A stretch of 64,000 nt of DNA from assembly GCA_964247055.1 (NCBI GenBank), contig OZ176055.1, positions 8,618,001-8,682,000 of the forward strand, in the 5' to 3' direction. The notes under the pieces were generated by a model. The model was given only the letters and a program-made list of their open reading frames with translations. It had not been told where the DNA came from and searched no databases. The translations under genes were made by a program, and so were the position numbers. Numbering within the stretch: the first letter of the stretch is position 1; every line of letters begins with the position of its first letter. Shown piece after piece: positions 12,742 to 27,100 of this stretch. Origin of the DNA: Paragordius varius (lineage: Eukaryota; Animalia; Nematomorpha).

Positions 12742-12809
12742 GTGTCGCGTGCATGCTATGCGTTTTTTAAACTACCAAAATTTTTACTGCTGAAAAAGCG
12801 TTTTTACCC
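12742..12809. promoter_or_regulatory. Putative ultra-compact bidirectional promoter region between NDUFS2 and TMCC
   Basis: Divergent ATGs at 12741 (-) and 12810 (+); locally CpG-rich (gtcgcgtgcatgctatgcg). Confidence 0.55.
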
Positions 12810-15800
12810 ATGAAAAATTTGGATGATGATATAACCAAGCTTGAATCTAGACTTAAAAAATATCAAAAGCTACAAAATGGTTACTTGTCATATAATTTTG
12901 TGTTTTAGATAACATAGCTCAATTTTTGAAGAGTGATAAAACATCGGACCAAAAGAAAGATTTTGAAGTTAAAAGTAAAAATTACACCTTATCAATGGAC
13001 AAATATAAGAAACAATTGCTTGAGTTGACAAACAGAGATAAAAAGGAAACCAGTCATGAATTGACGGTTTTAATCAATATTTTATTCATTAGCACACAAA
13101 TTCAGTCGATATTAATAATACGAATGCGTTAAAATCTGCCGAAAAAAATGTATTAAGTCAATCTCAACCCCTTCTTATATCTGAAGATCATGGGATCTCT
13201 GATAATACTTCATTACCCAAATTTTCCTCCTTGAATCGAGACGAAAATCCCAAGAAAGCCTTTAAACTGTTTTGCGAAAATCACAATAATTTCTTCAACT
13301 TTATGCATCATAAGTTACACAAATATGTCTAAATTTTAGGAAAAATATAGATAAACGACCTCTACCAATTTCAACAAATATAACTGACTCTAAACTAGAT
13401 AGTAATGAATCATTATTGAATGTACACGATAACCCTGTTAGTAGTCTATCCGAACAAATTAATAATAGCAATAGTATAAAATTAAGGTAATTGGGTTCTA
13501 TAAAAAATGTTGTAAAAGATAAGATTTATAAATATATTAAAAAAAGCACTGAAAAGAAGAGTTTTCTATATTAAATTCTTCCATATATTTATGTATATAG
13601 CCATTGAATAAAGGATTTATTTATGATATGATACTACCTCAACTCTATTTTTACGATATTTATTTGTTTTGTATCGAATTTATATAAAAAATTATTATTT
13701 AATTTAGCTTTTTATAAACTTTAATTTATTACATATTTACGCCTATCCATCTTTCACTTATAATACAGCATTTTTTATGTAAATATAGTGATTTGTCTTC
13801 CATATCCGCATCATCTTCCAATGGCACCTCCAAAAAAAGCACGACTGAAGGCAATTCTTCTCAAACCGGACAATCCAAATTTTACATAATGGATGAACAA
13901 CTGCCGCCAACTACTAATATAAACGATCAAAGTGTGTGTCTTCAAAAATTGTTTACAATATGCAAAAATTAATTATATCGTTTTCCGGAAAATTGCTTGA
14001 ATACGCTTTTTACACTTTACTTTTGATGAATATGAATTATACGTTTTTCGGAAAATTTTCTCTAAATCACCGTTTTTTACAGCAATTTTTTCTTTTCCAT
14101 CGTTAAAATTTTTCCTTAAATGTTAATAGCTTTAAATTTTAAAAATGCGCAAAAAGCTAATTAAAAAATTAAGCGTATATTATATAAGAAAGTATTTAAT
14201 ACAGATATGTTTATGAATTTCCACCTTAATCGTTTTTAAAATATGAGCGTTTTAACTTTAAATAATAACTAATAATATACCTAATATTTTGGGCTTTTGC
14301 TTAAAATTTTCAAAATATCTTTTTATTTCACGCATCTATTACAATACTGCTTTTCAAACGAATTTAACATTATACTGTGAAATAACTTTTTCCATAAATT
14401 ATAGTAAAACCATCTTCCAATCCTTCATCAATTATTACTCAAGAAGCCATTGAATGCAAATTACCAAAACAAACGGTAGAGTCAGAAATTATTGAGATTG
14501 CAAATGAGCCAACATTATTTCCCTCCAACGTTAATAATGGTTTAAGCAATAGTAATAATTCAAATTCAAACAATTATTATAATATAATAAGTACCAACTC
14601 ACCTTGTACCATAGTTCAATTACAAAAGGACATTTGTCACATTACCCAAAATTTTAGGGCTGAAATGGACCGACTTACACAGCAACAGAACCAAGATAGA
14701 AGGAATTTGGAAAGCTTGAGAGTAAATTGTTTTTTATGTTGTAAAAAATGTGGATATATTTAACAAAGTTAAGCTACTTTTTTAGGTATTTTTAGGGTCC
14801 CCTAAAAGGTTTTGAAGAATATGATATGTAATTATTTATTTTACTTAAAATATTTGGATTTATAAACCGTTTTGCTTAAATAATTAGTGATTTTATCAGG
14901 GTTATTAAAGAAAAGTTTCTATTTTAAAGAATGAAATCTGATTGATATGCGGTGGGTATTAAAAATAAAATATGATAAATAAGTAAAAGATTGGCCCTAT
15001 ATAAAAGTTTTTAAAGTATTAATTATATAAGTTATTTCGACATGGTAATATTTGGATAATTAAAATAATATTTTTTCTATTATTCAGTCCAAAATTTTGT
15101 ACATTTCATATGCTTAAAGTTTAAAATATATTTTTCGATTTTACACATTTATCTCTATTTCTCTTTGGGATGTACAATATAATTTTCTCTAATATTTATT
15201 TTATAGATCAAAAATCAACAAGATTTTGCCACATTCAATGAAACCATATCCGAAATTAAACAGAAATGTCAGGTATATTAGGGTTAGGTCTGGTGACAGC
15301 TTTTCAAATTAGTTAAAAATTAACATCTATATATTTATAAAAATGGAAAATACTGACTTTGTGATCTGGTACCGGAAAACCGGTAGACCCATTCAAATCC
15401 AAACATCGAAAAAATAGAATCAATAAATGCCTCGACAATAGCTTCGCCCTTTTTTGAAATAGGCCCCCAGTTCGGGCCCACCCCGTGTGAAAAACGGTTT
15501 TTTTTTGAAAACACAAGTCCAAAAAAATGGTGTCTTTGAGACAATTTTTTGGAGAACGTGTTGGACCATTCAATTTCAAATATGATTTTTGTTTACTTAT
15601 TTTCGATTGCGCCTAACATAGTCGTCTCGCTTTTTTGATTTAGGCCCTCATTTTACCCACTCCCCCCCTCCCCTAAAATGCCATTTTTTTTAAAAAAACA
15701 AAGTCCACAAAAATAATTTTTTAAATCTATTTTTTCCCCAAATATACAATATATTAGTATGAATGCACCGTTTTAAAATTCCTATAAAATCATATTTATA

Positions 15801-18710
15801 ATGTTTCGGAATAATCCACATATGTGGATCATTTTATTGTCCCTTATTTCATAACCCCCCCCCCCCCAGAAGTCCGAAGGACTTCCTCGTGCTGCGTAGC
15901 AGCACGAGACTTAAGCTAGTAATTAAATAATATAGAAAAATTACTATATAATGATAAAGAACTTACAGTAAAATTAATATAAGTTCGTATAATTTTAATC
16001 AAACTTTCATTAATACTTTATAATATATCTTACACTTGTAATAATGATTACTGCATTTATGAGCTGTTAGGTCGGTTATATTATTTTACCAGTTAAAAGT
16101 TTAACTATTGTTAATTACAATAAAAATTAAAATTATCAAGGAAAAGCGTAAAGCACTGATATTTCTATTAAGTCAACCAAAATTTTTAAAAAAACCTTAT
16201 TTTTTATCCATATAATAACTGTTGTGAAATGTAGAATTGTTTGGATTACCAATTTACATCTTTCACTTCCTTATTTTACTAATCAATATTAAATATATCT
16301 GAATAAATCAAGGATCAAATTATATAGTTTTCTATATATAAAAATTTCTTTTTTATATTTCTATAATACTTTAATCATATAATAAAAATAGCAATTAGCC
16401 GAACAAATACATGATACCATTGAACTAAAATTATCCGAAACTGAAAGCCTAAGGCATGAAATAAAATCTCTGGAAGAAAAGATTTCCTATCAAATTGATG
16501 ACCGTACCCAGGATATCTTGGAAATGATTGAAAATATTCATACTAGGGTAGTTTTTTTACGTAAACTGAAAATATATATTTTTTCTTATTTTTTGAAATT
16601 TATTGTTATCAATTTACCAGTTTTCTGGAATGATTATTCTTAAATTAGTATGTACCATTAACAGTTGAAATTCACCCTTGAACAACTCGAATTCACCCTA
16701 AAAATAAATTATGTGTTTTCGGGCTATATAACTCATCATTAATATGAAATATATCTTTATGGCATAGTTTATTATTTTTTCAGTATTATATTTATTTTAA
16801 ACGAAATTTTATTTTTTTTAAAATATAAAAAAAATATGCTTTTTAATCCTAAACATATATTTTATTTTAGGGTGAATTTGAATTGTTCAAGGGTGAATTT
16901 AAACGTAAAATCTATATAAGTTAAAAATACTTGAAATAATCAATAAAATAGATATTTTTTTATAGGTGTTTGCTAGTTTTTATCAAAATAATAAACAAAA
17001 AACTTTAAAAAAATATTTCCATAATTTAGATTAAAATATTTAACGTGTCATTTCAAAATAGTAGCAAATAATTTTATAATGCCCTTATAATTTTCAGATT
17101 TCCAAGATAGAAATAGCACACCAGCGGCAACAGGTCATGACCTTGGATAGTTTTGAAAATGTTTCGGCCGCACGGAATTTAATGCTAAAATTCATTAATA
17201 TCCTTATAACATTTTTACAGATTGTACTTATGCTTTTATCCACGATTGCTTCAATACTCACACCATTTATTAGGACAAGGTAATTTTTATTTATATATAT
17301 ACCATTTACAATTCAAATTCACCCTTGAACAGTTCAAATCCACCCGTGAACAATTCAAATTCACCCTTGAACAATTCAAATTCACCCTCAAATAAAATAT
17401 ATGTTTTTTAAAATTAAAAATTACCTATAATTTTATATATTTTTAAAAGATAAAAATTTTGTTTTAATATATAATAAAACTAAAAAATGATAAACTATGC
17501 CATAAAGATATATTTCATATTAATAATGAGTTATATTAGTTCGAAAACACATATAGGGTGAATTTGAATTGTTCGAGAGTGAATTTGAATTGTTTAAGGG
17601 TGAATTTGAACTGTAAATGTATATAATAAAGAATGAAATAATTAAAACAAAAAATAAAACTATTAAGGCAAATATATTTTTTTAAACAAAATTAACCCTT
17701 AAAAGTATATAAGATGTCTTTTATATTACTTTATGAAAAATTAGATATTTCCTTATAATATAATGGATATAACGCAGGACTTTTAAAGGGATTGATTTCG
17801 GTTTTTAGATGTATTATGGGAGGGAATTGATTATAACCGACTTGAAACTGTTTGAACCGCTTATATATATACAGTCATTCACGATATTACAACACGACAA
17901 TTAACATCACATTTAAATCTAAATATTTAATTTAACGAATTTTACAGAGAAAATTTAATTTTACTTATTTAATGATAATGATGGCAATTAAATTGAAAAT
18001 TTTAAAAACTCAAAGTCCCACAATTTTCTTTCTAATACCATTACTTTGATTTTTGTTTTATCAACATATGTTGAAATATATACCGTTTACAGTTTTAATT
18101 CACCCTTGAACAATTTAAATTCATCTAAAAATAAATTATGTGGTTTCTAACTAATAAACTTATTATTAATATAAAATATATCTTTATGGCATAGTTTATT
18201 ATTTTTTTAGTGGTATTTTAATTTAAAACAAAATTTATTTTTTATAATATATAAAAATATAAGCAATTTTTAATTTTAAAAAATATATAAGTTATTTCAG
18301 AGTGAATTTGAATTGTTCAAGGGTGAATTTGAATTCTTTTAAGGGTGAATTTGTGTTCGAGGGTTAATTTGAATTGCTTAAAGGTGAATTTGAATTGTTC
18401 GAGGGGGAATTTATATTGTTTAAGGGTGAATTTGAAGATTTTAAGCGGTTTTTTTTGATATCGCACAATCAAAGTCTTGTATGCATTCATTATCGGTCAA
18501 ACTCAACATATTGTATATAACTTTATACATTCTTTCAGTTATTTTGTAATTATTTAATTTTACCATTTTTTTCCGCCTTCCTTTAGATCTCGTATTCTAA
18601 TGTCATTCTGTTTTGGTCTTGTGATAGCTATTCTCATCAAAATGAATCCACACCTCTTTAACAAGCTTTTGGCTTCCATTTTTAGTTATCTTAAAATTGC
18701 TACAATTTAA
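12810..18710 (+). CDS. TMCC: Transmembrane and coiled-coil domain protein (TMCC/TEX28 family); exons include 12810-12879, 12909-13066, 13093-13313, 13340-13486, 16392-16547, 17098-17279, 18587-18710, plus less certain exons near 13.8, 14.5 and 15.2 kb
   Basis: Translation QLAEQIHDTIELKLSETESLRHEIKSLEEKISYQIDDRTQDILEMIENIHTR|ISKIEIAHQRQQVMTLDSFENVSAARNLMLKFINILITFLQIVLMLLSTIA..TRSR parallels the TMCC coiled coil plus two C-terminal transmembrane segments. The first three introns are 29, 26 and 26 nt and keep frame. Confidence 0.85.
15326..15919 (+). mobile_element. Non-autonomous Helitron (about 594 bp) in a TMCC intron
   Basis: 5' A|TCTATATATTTATAAAA; perfect 10-bp stem ctcgtgctgc-gta-gcagcacgag at 15886-15908, followed 7 nt later by CTAG|T; no TSD; GC-richer than its flanks. 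Confidence 0.88.
16652..16905. mobile_element. MITE family A copy in a TMCC intron
   Basis: Same TIR subunits and core (gcatagtttattatttttt) as 4439-4806. Confidence 0.85.
17298..17623. mobile_element. MITE family A copy, core in reverse orientation
   Basis: taccatttacaattcaaattcaccc ... gggtgaatttgaactgtaaatg; core is the reverse complement (taaactatgccataaagata). Confidence 0.88.
18080..18440. mobile_element. MITE family A copy with expanded right arm
   Basis: Two left subunits and about seven right subunits around the family core. Confidence 0.85.
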
Positions 18711-21189
18711 ATATTTGATAGTTTTTATTTTTATTTATATGTCTATCTAATTTATAAACGACTTTTTACAGCAATTTCTAACGAAAAATTTTTAGGCATA
18801 TATTCTGTGTGCAATTTTTATATTGGAGACGTCCGAACCTCCATTCTTTTTATACTGTGGTTAAAGCTTTTTAATTATGACATATATATATATTTATATG
18901 AGGAAATGTACGTACACCAAACTCTGTGATAACATTTTTAACATGCCCAATAATATAATATATTCCTAAATATTTATTATGCTAATAAATATATGATGTA
19001 TAATTGGTTTTTCGATTATTGAGAAAAGTTTAAAAAATACTAAATTACAATAGGAACTTGATAGGGATTTGAATGAAAAAAAATTTAGTTTTTAATCATA
19101 AGTTATACATAAATATTGATAATTTTATAAAATTCAAAAGGTCAAAACAATGAAAACATCTAAATGTCTAAAAGTTATCCTTTTTGCACATCCATTATAA
19201 ATATGTGACCCTTATTAAATAATATAAAATCTCAGTTTCTTACAAATGTAATACAAAATGAAAAAAATACATATTTGCGAAATTATTATTCTACTTTTTT
19301 CAATATCATTTATCTAAATTCGGCTAAATCGTTAAAACTTATAAGTGTTTAACATAAAAAGATTGAATACAAAAATTTTTTTAGAACCGCCTAATCGCAA
19401 GATTTATGTTCTTAAAACAAAGTTTTATGTAATTTAGAAGAAATTATTTAAATTATGCCAATTTGGTTTAATTTATATCTAGGTCAATACAATATAATTG
19501 TAAAGTCTTACAAATTTTGTAAGTATTATTTTTAAAACTGATTTTGTAAAAAAAATACTCTTCAGGGCTACTTTTGGTTTAATTTTATTGAATATTTTTC
19601 CAAATTGAAAACGGATGTATGCAACATTGTTTTGAAATTATGTATAATTTTTTATATTGTTAAATCAATATTAAATTGTTTAAGCTAATAAATTATTTTG
19701 GCTATTAACCCTTACAGTTAAAATTAATATATTTCAGATGTGATGCACATTTTTTGCCTGAAAAAAACATTTTTTGAGAAAAAAAGCGTTAAAAATGAAC
19801 AATTTTTATAAAAAATTCAATTTTACAAACAAAACATATATAGAAAATATAGAAAAAACCCATTTTTAACATTATTTTTTTATGTGTTAATTTAAATTAA
19901 CCGGAGAATATATTTGAAAAAGGATGGTATGTTGTTTTCAAAATTAAGCGATAATTAACATAAAAATTTGGAATTTTATTCGAAAAAATCTACAACAAAA
20001 TGAAAAAAAACATTTATAAATTTTCAAATTGCATGTAAAACCATACTATATTTTATGATTCATTCCATGGGCCTTTTAAAATTAAGAACACATAAAATAA
20101 AATAAAAAAATATTTTTTTTTATTTAAAACATGTGCTGGGTTTTTATGATTTTCGCTGTTGAAAAAAAATCAACTATTACGGTTAATTTAATGTTGAAAG
20201 AATTTATTTTCCAAAAATAAAATGTAACATTATAATATATAAGTATAGAAATATAATTTCAAAATTAATTTTAAGATTTTTTAAAAAAAAAATATTTTTG
20301 CATTTTTTCTCATTTCATTTTTAACAACTTAATTTTATTATATTTTGCGTCCATAAAACACATCTATTGTGACCGTCGCCATTATACCTGTATATCCTTA
20401 TATTCTTTTATTTATTGTAAATTAATTTTTATTTTAGCAAAAAAAAATATTTTACGATATATGTAACCTTTTGTATGCACACACCAGGTAATATGCATTT
20501 AAAAAAATTTTCTTCACTTAAACATTAATTTGTGCTAAAATATATCGCAATAAAAAACTTTAAATTTGTTGAAATAATTATAATTTTTTAAAACTATCCT
20601 TATTTATTATAAATTTTAGAAAAAATGTTATTTTGATTTATGGCGGTTTAATTGATAATAAAATAGAGTTTAAGAAGCATAATCTTAATCATATCTCTAA
20701 AAGGTGGTCTTAATTACTCAACCAGTTTTTAAATTTTAACCAGAAAAGATAAAATTTAAAAATGTACAATATCAAATTTTCCAGGGACCACAAGTGTTTT
20801 TTTTGTCTAATAAAATAATGGACATTCACCTCCTTTATTATGTTATAAAATATTTAAAACATTAAAAATAGACGCAAATCGGCTGTCAGTTTAATATATA
20901 CAATGTTTTATGCTAAGCTAAAATTTAAATTTTTTTTACTTTTTATACGTTTTTTTTTATATTAAATATTTAATACATATAATATAATGTTATGTAATCC
21001 AAGGTTAAAAATTTTAAATTTTTTATCTGGTACCTACCTCTCCTCTCTATACTTTCTATATTTAAACCAATCTTAAATTGCCAATATGTATTGTGGAAAA
21101 ATTTTAATTTTACTTATTCAAACCAAATAGCTAATAGCACTCTTAACGCAAAAAATTCAATAATCCAGGCAAAAAATAATTGTTAGTAA

Positions 21190-24100
21190 ATGACTTCCCT
21201 GAGCTATTTATCTTTATGCTGTTTTTATCGTTGGTCGACATTTATTCTGGTCCTTATTTGTCAATTCAATCATCATCAAACCAAATCCATCGATGATTAT
21301 ATTGATTTAACTTGCTTCAGGAACGAAAGTATACTATCTACATTATCCCGATTTTTTTTTCAAATTAAAACATAAAATATAATTTAATTAAAAAAAATTC
21401 TAATATATGTCAATTCCTTATATACAGGTTACAATGTTCTCCAGCACTTAGCCCAATCATATCAAACTCACACTCCTTCCAATTCGTTTTTCAAGGGAAC
21501 CCAAATTTTTCAATTTCTCAAAGGAAATCGATACCGATTAAATTTAAGGTTAGTTGTTATTTTTTGTTTAAAAATACCAATAAATAATCTATACAATACA
21601 GTCATGATGTCAAGACACTTAATAGCAAAATTTTAATTTTGCTTAAATTTAGCAAAATGTTTTATAGGAGTCTCTAATCTTACCAATCTAAAAATTATTT
21701 TTTATCGTAATCTTTAATGTTTATATTTTAATTTAACTTGTTTTCCACAATTAAATATGAAAAGTTTGATAGGATTATATGGATTATGTATACAATTATA
21801 CCCCGTTAAATTTATTTAGGCATAAATATGATCAGACCTCTGCCCTGTTCTTTTTTTTGAATATGTATCTAACGTATTCTTTTTGATCTTTTGCATAATT
21901 TTTTAATATCAGTTACAACTCTTAGCATTTTAGGCCTGTAAAAAAAGTTTGCCGTTTAAATTGGTTCATATATATATATATATATATAAATATTAACAAA
22001 GCAAATTACAAAATTATTTACATTTCGAGTATCTTATTTATTATCTAATCATATATTTTTTTCAACAAACATATGCTTGAATGTTTTTGACTAGCAATAC
22101 TTATAAGCGGTCACATTCCCGGTCAGAAATGCATTCTTAAGCGATTGACCCAGCTTTAATGTTGGAACCTTTTTTGAAAACTATATTTTAAATTAATCTT
22201 ATTTGTCATAAAATATTTTAAGCATACTCATTTCGTCACTTTAAATTGTTATTGCTTGCCATTTTGTAAACGGCCATGTTTGTGCGTTACACATCAATAC
22301 TGGCTGTAAATGGACGTTCAAAAATACACCGATTTTTAAACATCGCATATTAAAAATCTTCATATAATTTGACTAAAATTCCTAAGTTTATTATGCCTTA
22401 TAGAAATACCCACTGAGAAATGGCCCAAAATATTCAACTTGTTTCCTTAATATTCAACCTTTTCATAAATGTTTTACATCAAAATCCATTGTAGTGTCCT
22501 TTGTCCCTTTTAACTCTGTTATAAAATCAACTTTGACTATTTTTTATAATTCATACACAATTAACTAGACAATATAACATGTATAATGATATACTAAAAA
22601 GATTATGTGACCATAATTATGAGATAACCAGAAATATTACTCATAGCATAGGCGAGCAGCCTTATCATACCTTAAATGCTTTAATTGAAACGCGGCAAGC
22701 AAAAATTACTTTAAATATATGTAAAATACAAATTTAGATATACATATATAAATATATATAAATTTAATATTATATCTAAAAACAAATTACAATCTAATAA
22801 CCATATATTCAAATGTAGAAGATTATTCCCCATCGGGTTCCCGTCCAAATTTAAGCTAACAGTTGAATATCAGTTGTCAGATAGCACAAAGTCCGTAGGA
22901 AATGCATGGAATCTATTTATCCTAACAAATGAAACTAATTATCCACTTATGGGCATTCGGCTTAACGGTCAATACAAAAGTATAGACGTTTTTACATTGG
23001 ACCCTAAACGAAGACGTCAATGGCAAGTCTTTAGAAATGTTCCGGTAAAACTTTCAATTTTAATTATAAAATTATTACAATTAGATCTGTTGTAGCTTAT
23101 TTATCGAAATAGGGTCTGGGATTTTAGCTGTTCAAGCACAAAAACTTAAATATTTTACCAAAATTCTATAAACTCCTAAAATTTAAATTAAATTTGGCTT
23201 AAAAATAAGTAATATAACTCTGACTTAGTAAATATATACGGATATTTTAAAGAATATAAGATGTACAAAATGAAATTGTGTTGTAGACAAAGCATAAATT
23301 ACCTTAAATTTATAATATTTGATCGAAACCATTAAATTTTATGTCCAAATTTGTAAAATACAACACTTTTTTAAAAAAATTTAATTATTATACCATATAT
23401 TTTTACACATTTCTAATTTTAATTTGATATAATATAAATAAAAAGCGTTTTATGCTGTAAAAAAATTATAGCAAAAAATCAGCTGCCTACCGTATTTTGG
23501 TTTTTTGCATTTATTTTTTCTATATCTTTTTCACCCCCGAGTGTCAGTAAAATTAATTATAATTTAAACAAAATAGATTCTACCCTAGAATGTGAGCTTA
23601 TAATAAGACTTTTTAATTATATATCAATAAATTTACAAATATTAACTTATAAACCAAACAGATATATGATGGTAATTGGCACAAATTAATTTTTGTTGTC
23701 CGTCGCGATGAAATACTGCTGAACATAGATTGTCAACAATTCGATGTTCTGACCAGTTATGAACGGCCTAGTATTTTAGATGAAGGAAATATCATATTTA
23801 CATCTATGGAAGGGAGTGACAGATCCATAGGAGTAAATATTTGCTTTATTGGTGACATTTTTAATCTGGATTTATACATTAATTCGACCTGTTCTTTTAA
23901 CACAGGTGCAATTCAAATCATTTGTTATTGATTGTGATTTGGAAATACCTAGATTTCATGTCTGTCCTCCCACCATACCATCAGTTAAGGTAAGTTTGTA
24001 AGGTTTTTCCCTTTTCTATAAAAATTTGAAATGTTATAATCTATTTTTTTACGATGATGATGATAATAAGATTCCAAGCATCTATCAAATCACCAAAAAC

Positions 24101-27100
24101 CCAAAATCTTTTGTGCCCATAAAAACAGAATGTCCCTTGGTTTGTCCAACCGGTCCAGTGGGACCTCCAGGACTTAAGGGTCCTAAGGGTGATCAAGGTC
24201 CTCCAGGCCCGAAAGGTGATGAAGGACACAAGGGGTGGCAAGGCCATAAAGTAAAACTAAACGAAATTTTATTCGACTTAATCAGCTGTTTTTACTCTTA
24301 TTTTTGGTCCAATAGCTATAAACATTATAGAAATCAAATGTAAGTAATAATATAAAGACAAATATTTTTTTCAAAACACTAACATATTATTTAGTAAAAT
24401 TCGATTTTTAAATTCGTTTTTGGGATAAAGGGATATACAGTATGAGTAAGTATACATTGCTAGAAAGTTATTAATTATCAAATAGTAAATACAACAAAGG
24501 GCAGTGTTATTGGTTTATAGTTATTTTCACTTTTTACTATTATTTGTATTTCTATTTGACAATAATTAATAACTTTTTAACAATGTATACGTACTCATAT
24601 TGTAAATTGGTACTACACTCAAATATATATTTCATATCAAAATTATATAGTTAATTTACAAAAAGTTTGAAAAACTATTACGTCTTTTGAAAAAAAGCCT
24701 TTGTCTTCATATTTTAACATTTTTTGATCCTTAAAATTTTAATTTTTACTGTATAATAATAATGGATCTTATTTTGGATAAATTTTATTGCATTTGTATA
24801 TACACATAAATTAACCGATGATAGCAGTTAAATTTGTGCATATTTATTTTAACTGTTTTAATGTTTTTTATTCAAACTTTTTTTTGAAGTTTTTTTGCCG
24901 AACTTTTCTTTTTTAAACGACGAAATAAAATACATTGTTTTTTCTATAAACGATGATGATGGAAAAAAAGATAAGATATGTAATGATAATAAAAGGTAGC
25001 CATTTAGGCCTTGTAACTACAAACATTTAAAATAGATATTTTCGCTATCAGACCATATTATCTCGAAAGATTAAATCGAAAACATCTTCAAAAGAAATAA
25101 GGATAAAAAGACCACAATCGGTTATATTAAATTGATCAATTAGTATAAAGTTAGAGTAATTTCAGCTAATTTGCATATGTTTGTTTTGGATAAAATTCAA
25201 ATTAAAAACAAAAGTTTACAAATGATTTTTTATGGTTTTTTTTTCAGGGCGAGAAAGGCGAATGTATCTACGATGCCACAGGCACAGCTATTAAAGGAGA
25301 AAAGGGTGATATGGTAAATTAAATTTTAGTTTTGAAATTTAAAAATATCATAAATTTTTAACATTACTGAAAGATATTTTATCAATCAATTCAAACAAAA
25401 TAAAAAGTGATTTTAACATAATATAAAATAGTATTTATTTTAGCTTTTAAGGTTTTGCATACGAGCTTAATAAACACCAATTTCCATAAAGTTTAAATAA
25501 ATTTTTAAAAAAGGGATGGTTTTTACAAAATACTGTCCAATATCATGCCTTAAAAAACTGTTTTTTATGCAATCAAGTATTAAAGTTTCAATAGTTTTCC
25601 ATTGTACATTCATAAAATTTGTTTAGGGATTGCCTGGAAATCCTGGGCATGATGGTGTAACTGGATTTAGAGGTGAAAAGGGCGATAAAGGTGACAGTGG
25701 GCAAATGGTAAGTATAAAAATAATAAGATAAAATTCAAAAACTAAAAGATTAATATTTTTTTTATAAAGGCAACCATATTTTTAAACTTAAAGTTAACCT
25801 AAATGATTAAAATCATTTAGGTTTGATAGATCAAAATATATATATATATTATTTTCGTTAATACAAAATATTTGTCTTTGTATTTTTTTTACGTTTGTCC
25901 GTATAATTTTAATTTTTACTGTATATATATATATATATATTAAATACTGTATATATATTAGGATGATTCTATGTCAAACCTAGATGAAATTATCCAGCAT
26001 AAAATTGAGGTTTAATCTTTTGATGTATAAATGTAATTTTATGTAAAGTTAATCCTAGCTACCAAATTTAACAAATGGATTTTCAGCCACGAAAAACAGG
26101 TAAGCTTTATTTTATTTTTTTCTTACGCTAATATTTTGAAATTAAATTTTAATTTAGGCCCATCCTTTGAATTACGGGAAAAAGCCTGGCCCGTCCAATA
26201 AATCCCCCGCGGTAAATTGAATATATTAAATTACATAAAAATATAGGGAGAAAAATATTTAAATAGTCAAACCTTTTCAATTCTTTTAAATACAAAAAAA
26301 TGGCTCTAAAAATGAAGCTCAAATATTTAATTATTTGCCTATATTATAAAAAGTATCCTAAAAAGCAATGATGTTTAATAAATGCATATTTTTCATCTTC
26401 ATCATATTTATCACATGATAAACGCTTTCATAACCGTTAGACTGATTACTTAAAAGCGGTCACTGTGCTTATGTCATATAATAAAAACTTTATTGCGAAT
26501 ACTTACAAGTTAGCTTCTAAAACTTTGACCGGCGGAATACAATATTTTTCTTGTCTCAAAGGTTGTGATTACCGACAAACATTGCATAGCCGTTTGACAC
26601 ATATGCAGATATATACTATTTATAAGTATTACTAAAAAGTAGCTTAAGCATGGTCATAAACTACTTTTAGAACCGTAATTTAAGTACCACCGCTCTAAAC
26701 TGTATATATTATTTAAAATTTTGATCTAAGGAGGAGTCGATTGCGATAGATGATAGAGGGAGGACGTTTTACAAAACAGATGAAGAATCATGGCAGCCGT
26801 CAAAAATGGGTAAACCAGGTCCGCCAGGCGATCCTGGCCCACCGGGCCCAATGGGTTTTGTTGGGCTTCCCGGTCCTGTGGGGATTCCTGGAGCTACAGG
26901 GCCTCAAGGCTCTAGGGGTCTCCCTGGTGTTCCAGGACTCTCGGCCGCTTCGGTTAGTCAAGTTTACAAAATTTTATCAGCACATACTATGCTCATAGTC
27001 ACCCCAACACATATATATAAATTATAGCACATTTTACTTTAGTAGCGCACTTTGCTTATGTTAAACTGCAATATAGGTCTAGCAGGAAATCAGGGCTATC

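Noticed and set aside
15869-15915. tRNA, SINE or terminator for the GC-rich hairpins
   Set aside because: No cloverleaf or A/B boxes; a hairpin followed by CTAG|T fits a Helitron 3' end.
26087-26099. 13-nt microexon after ttttcag in the FACIT-like collagen
   Set aside because: It would shift the frame; the upstream aag acceptor at 26048 gives a 51-nt phase 0-0 exon that fits.
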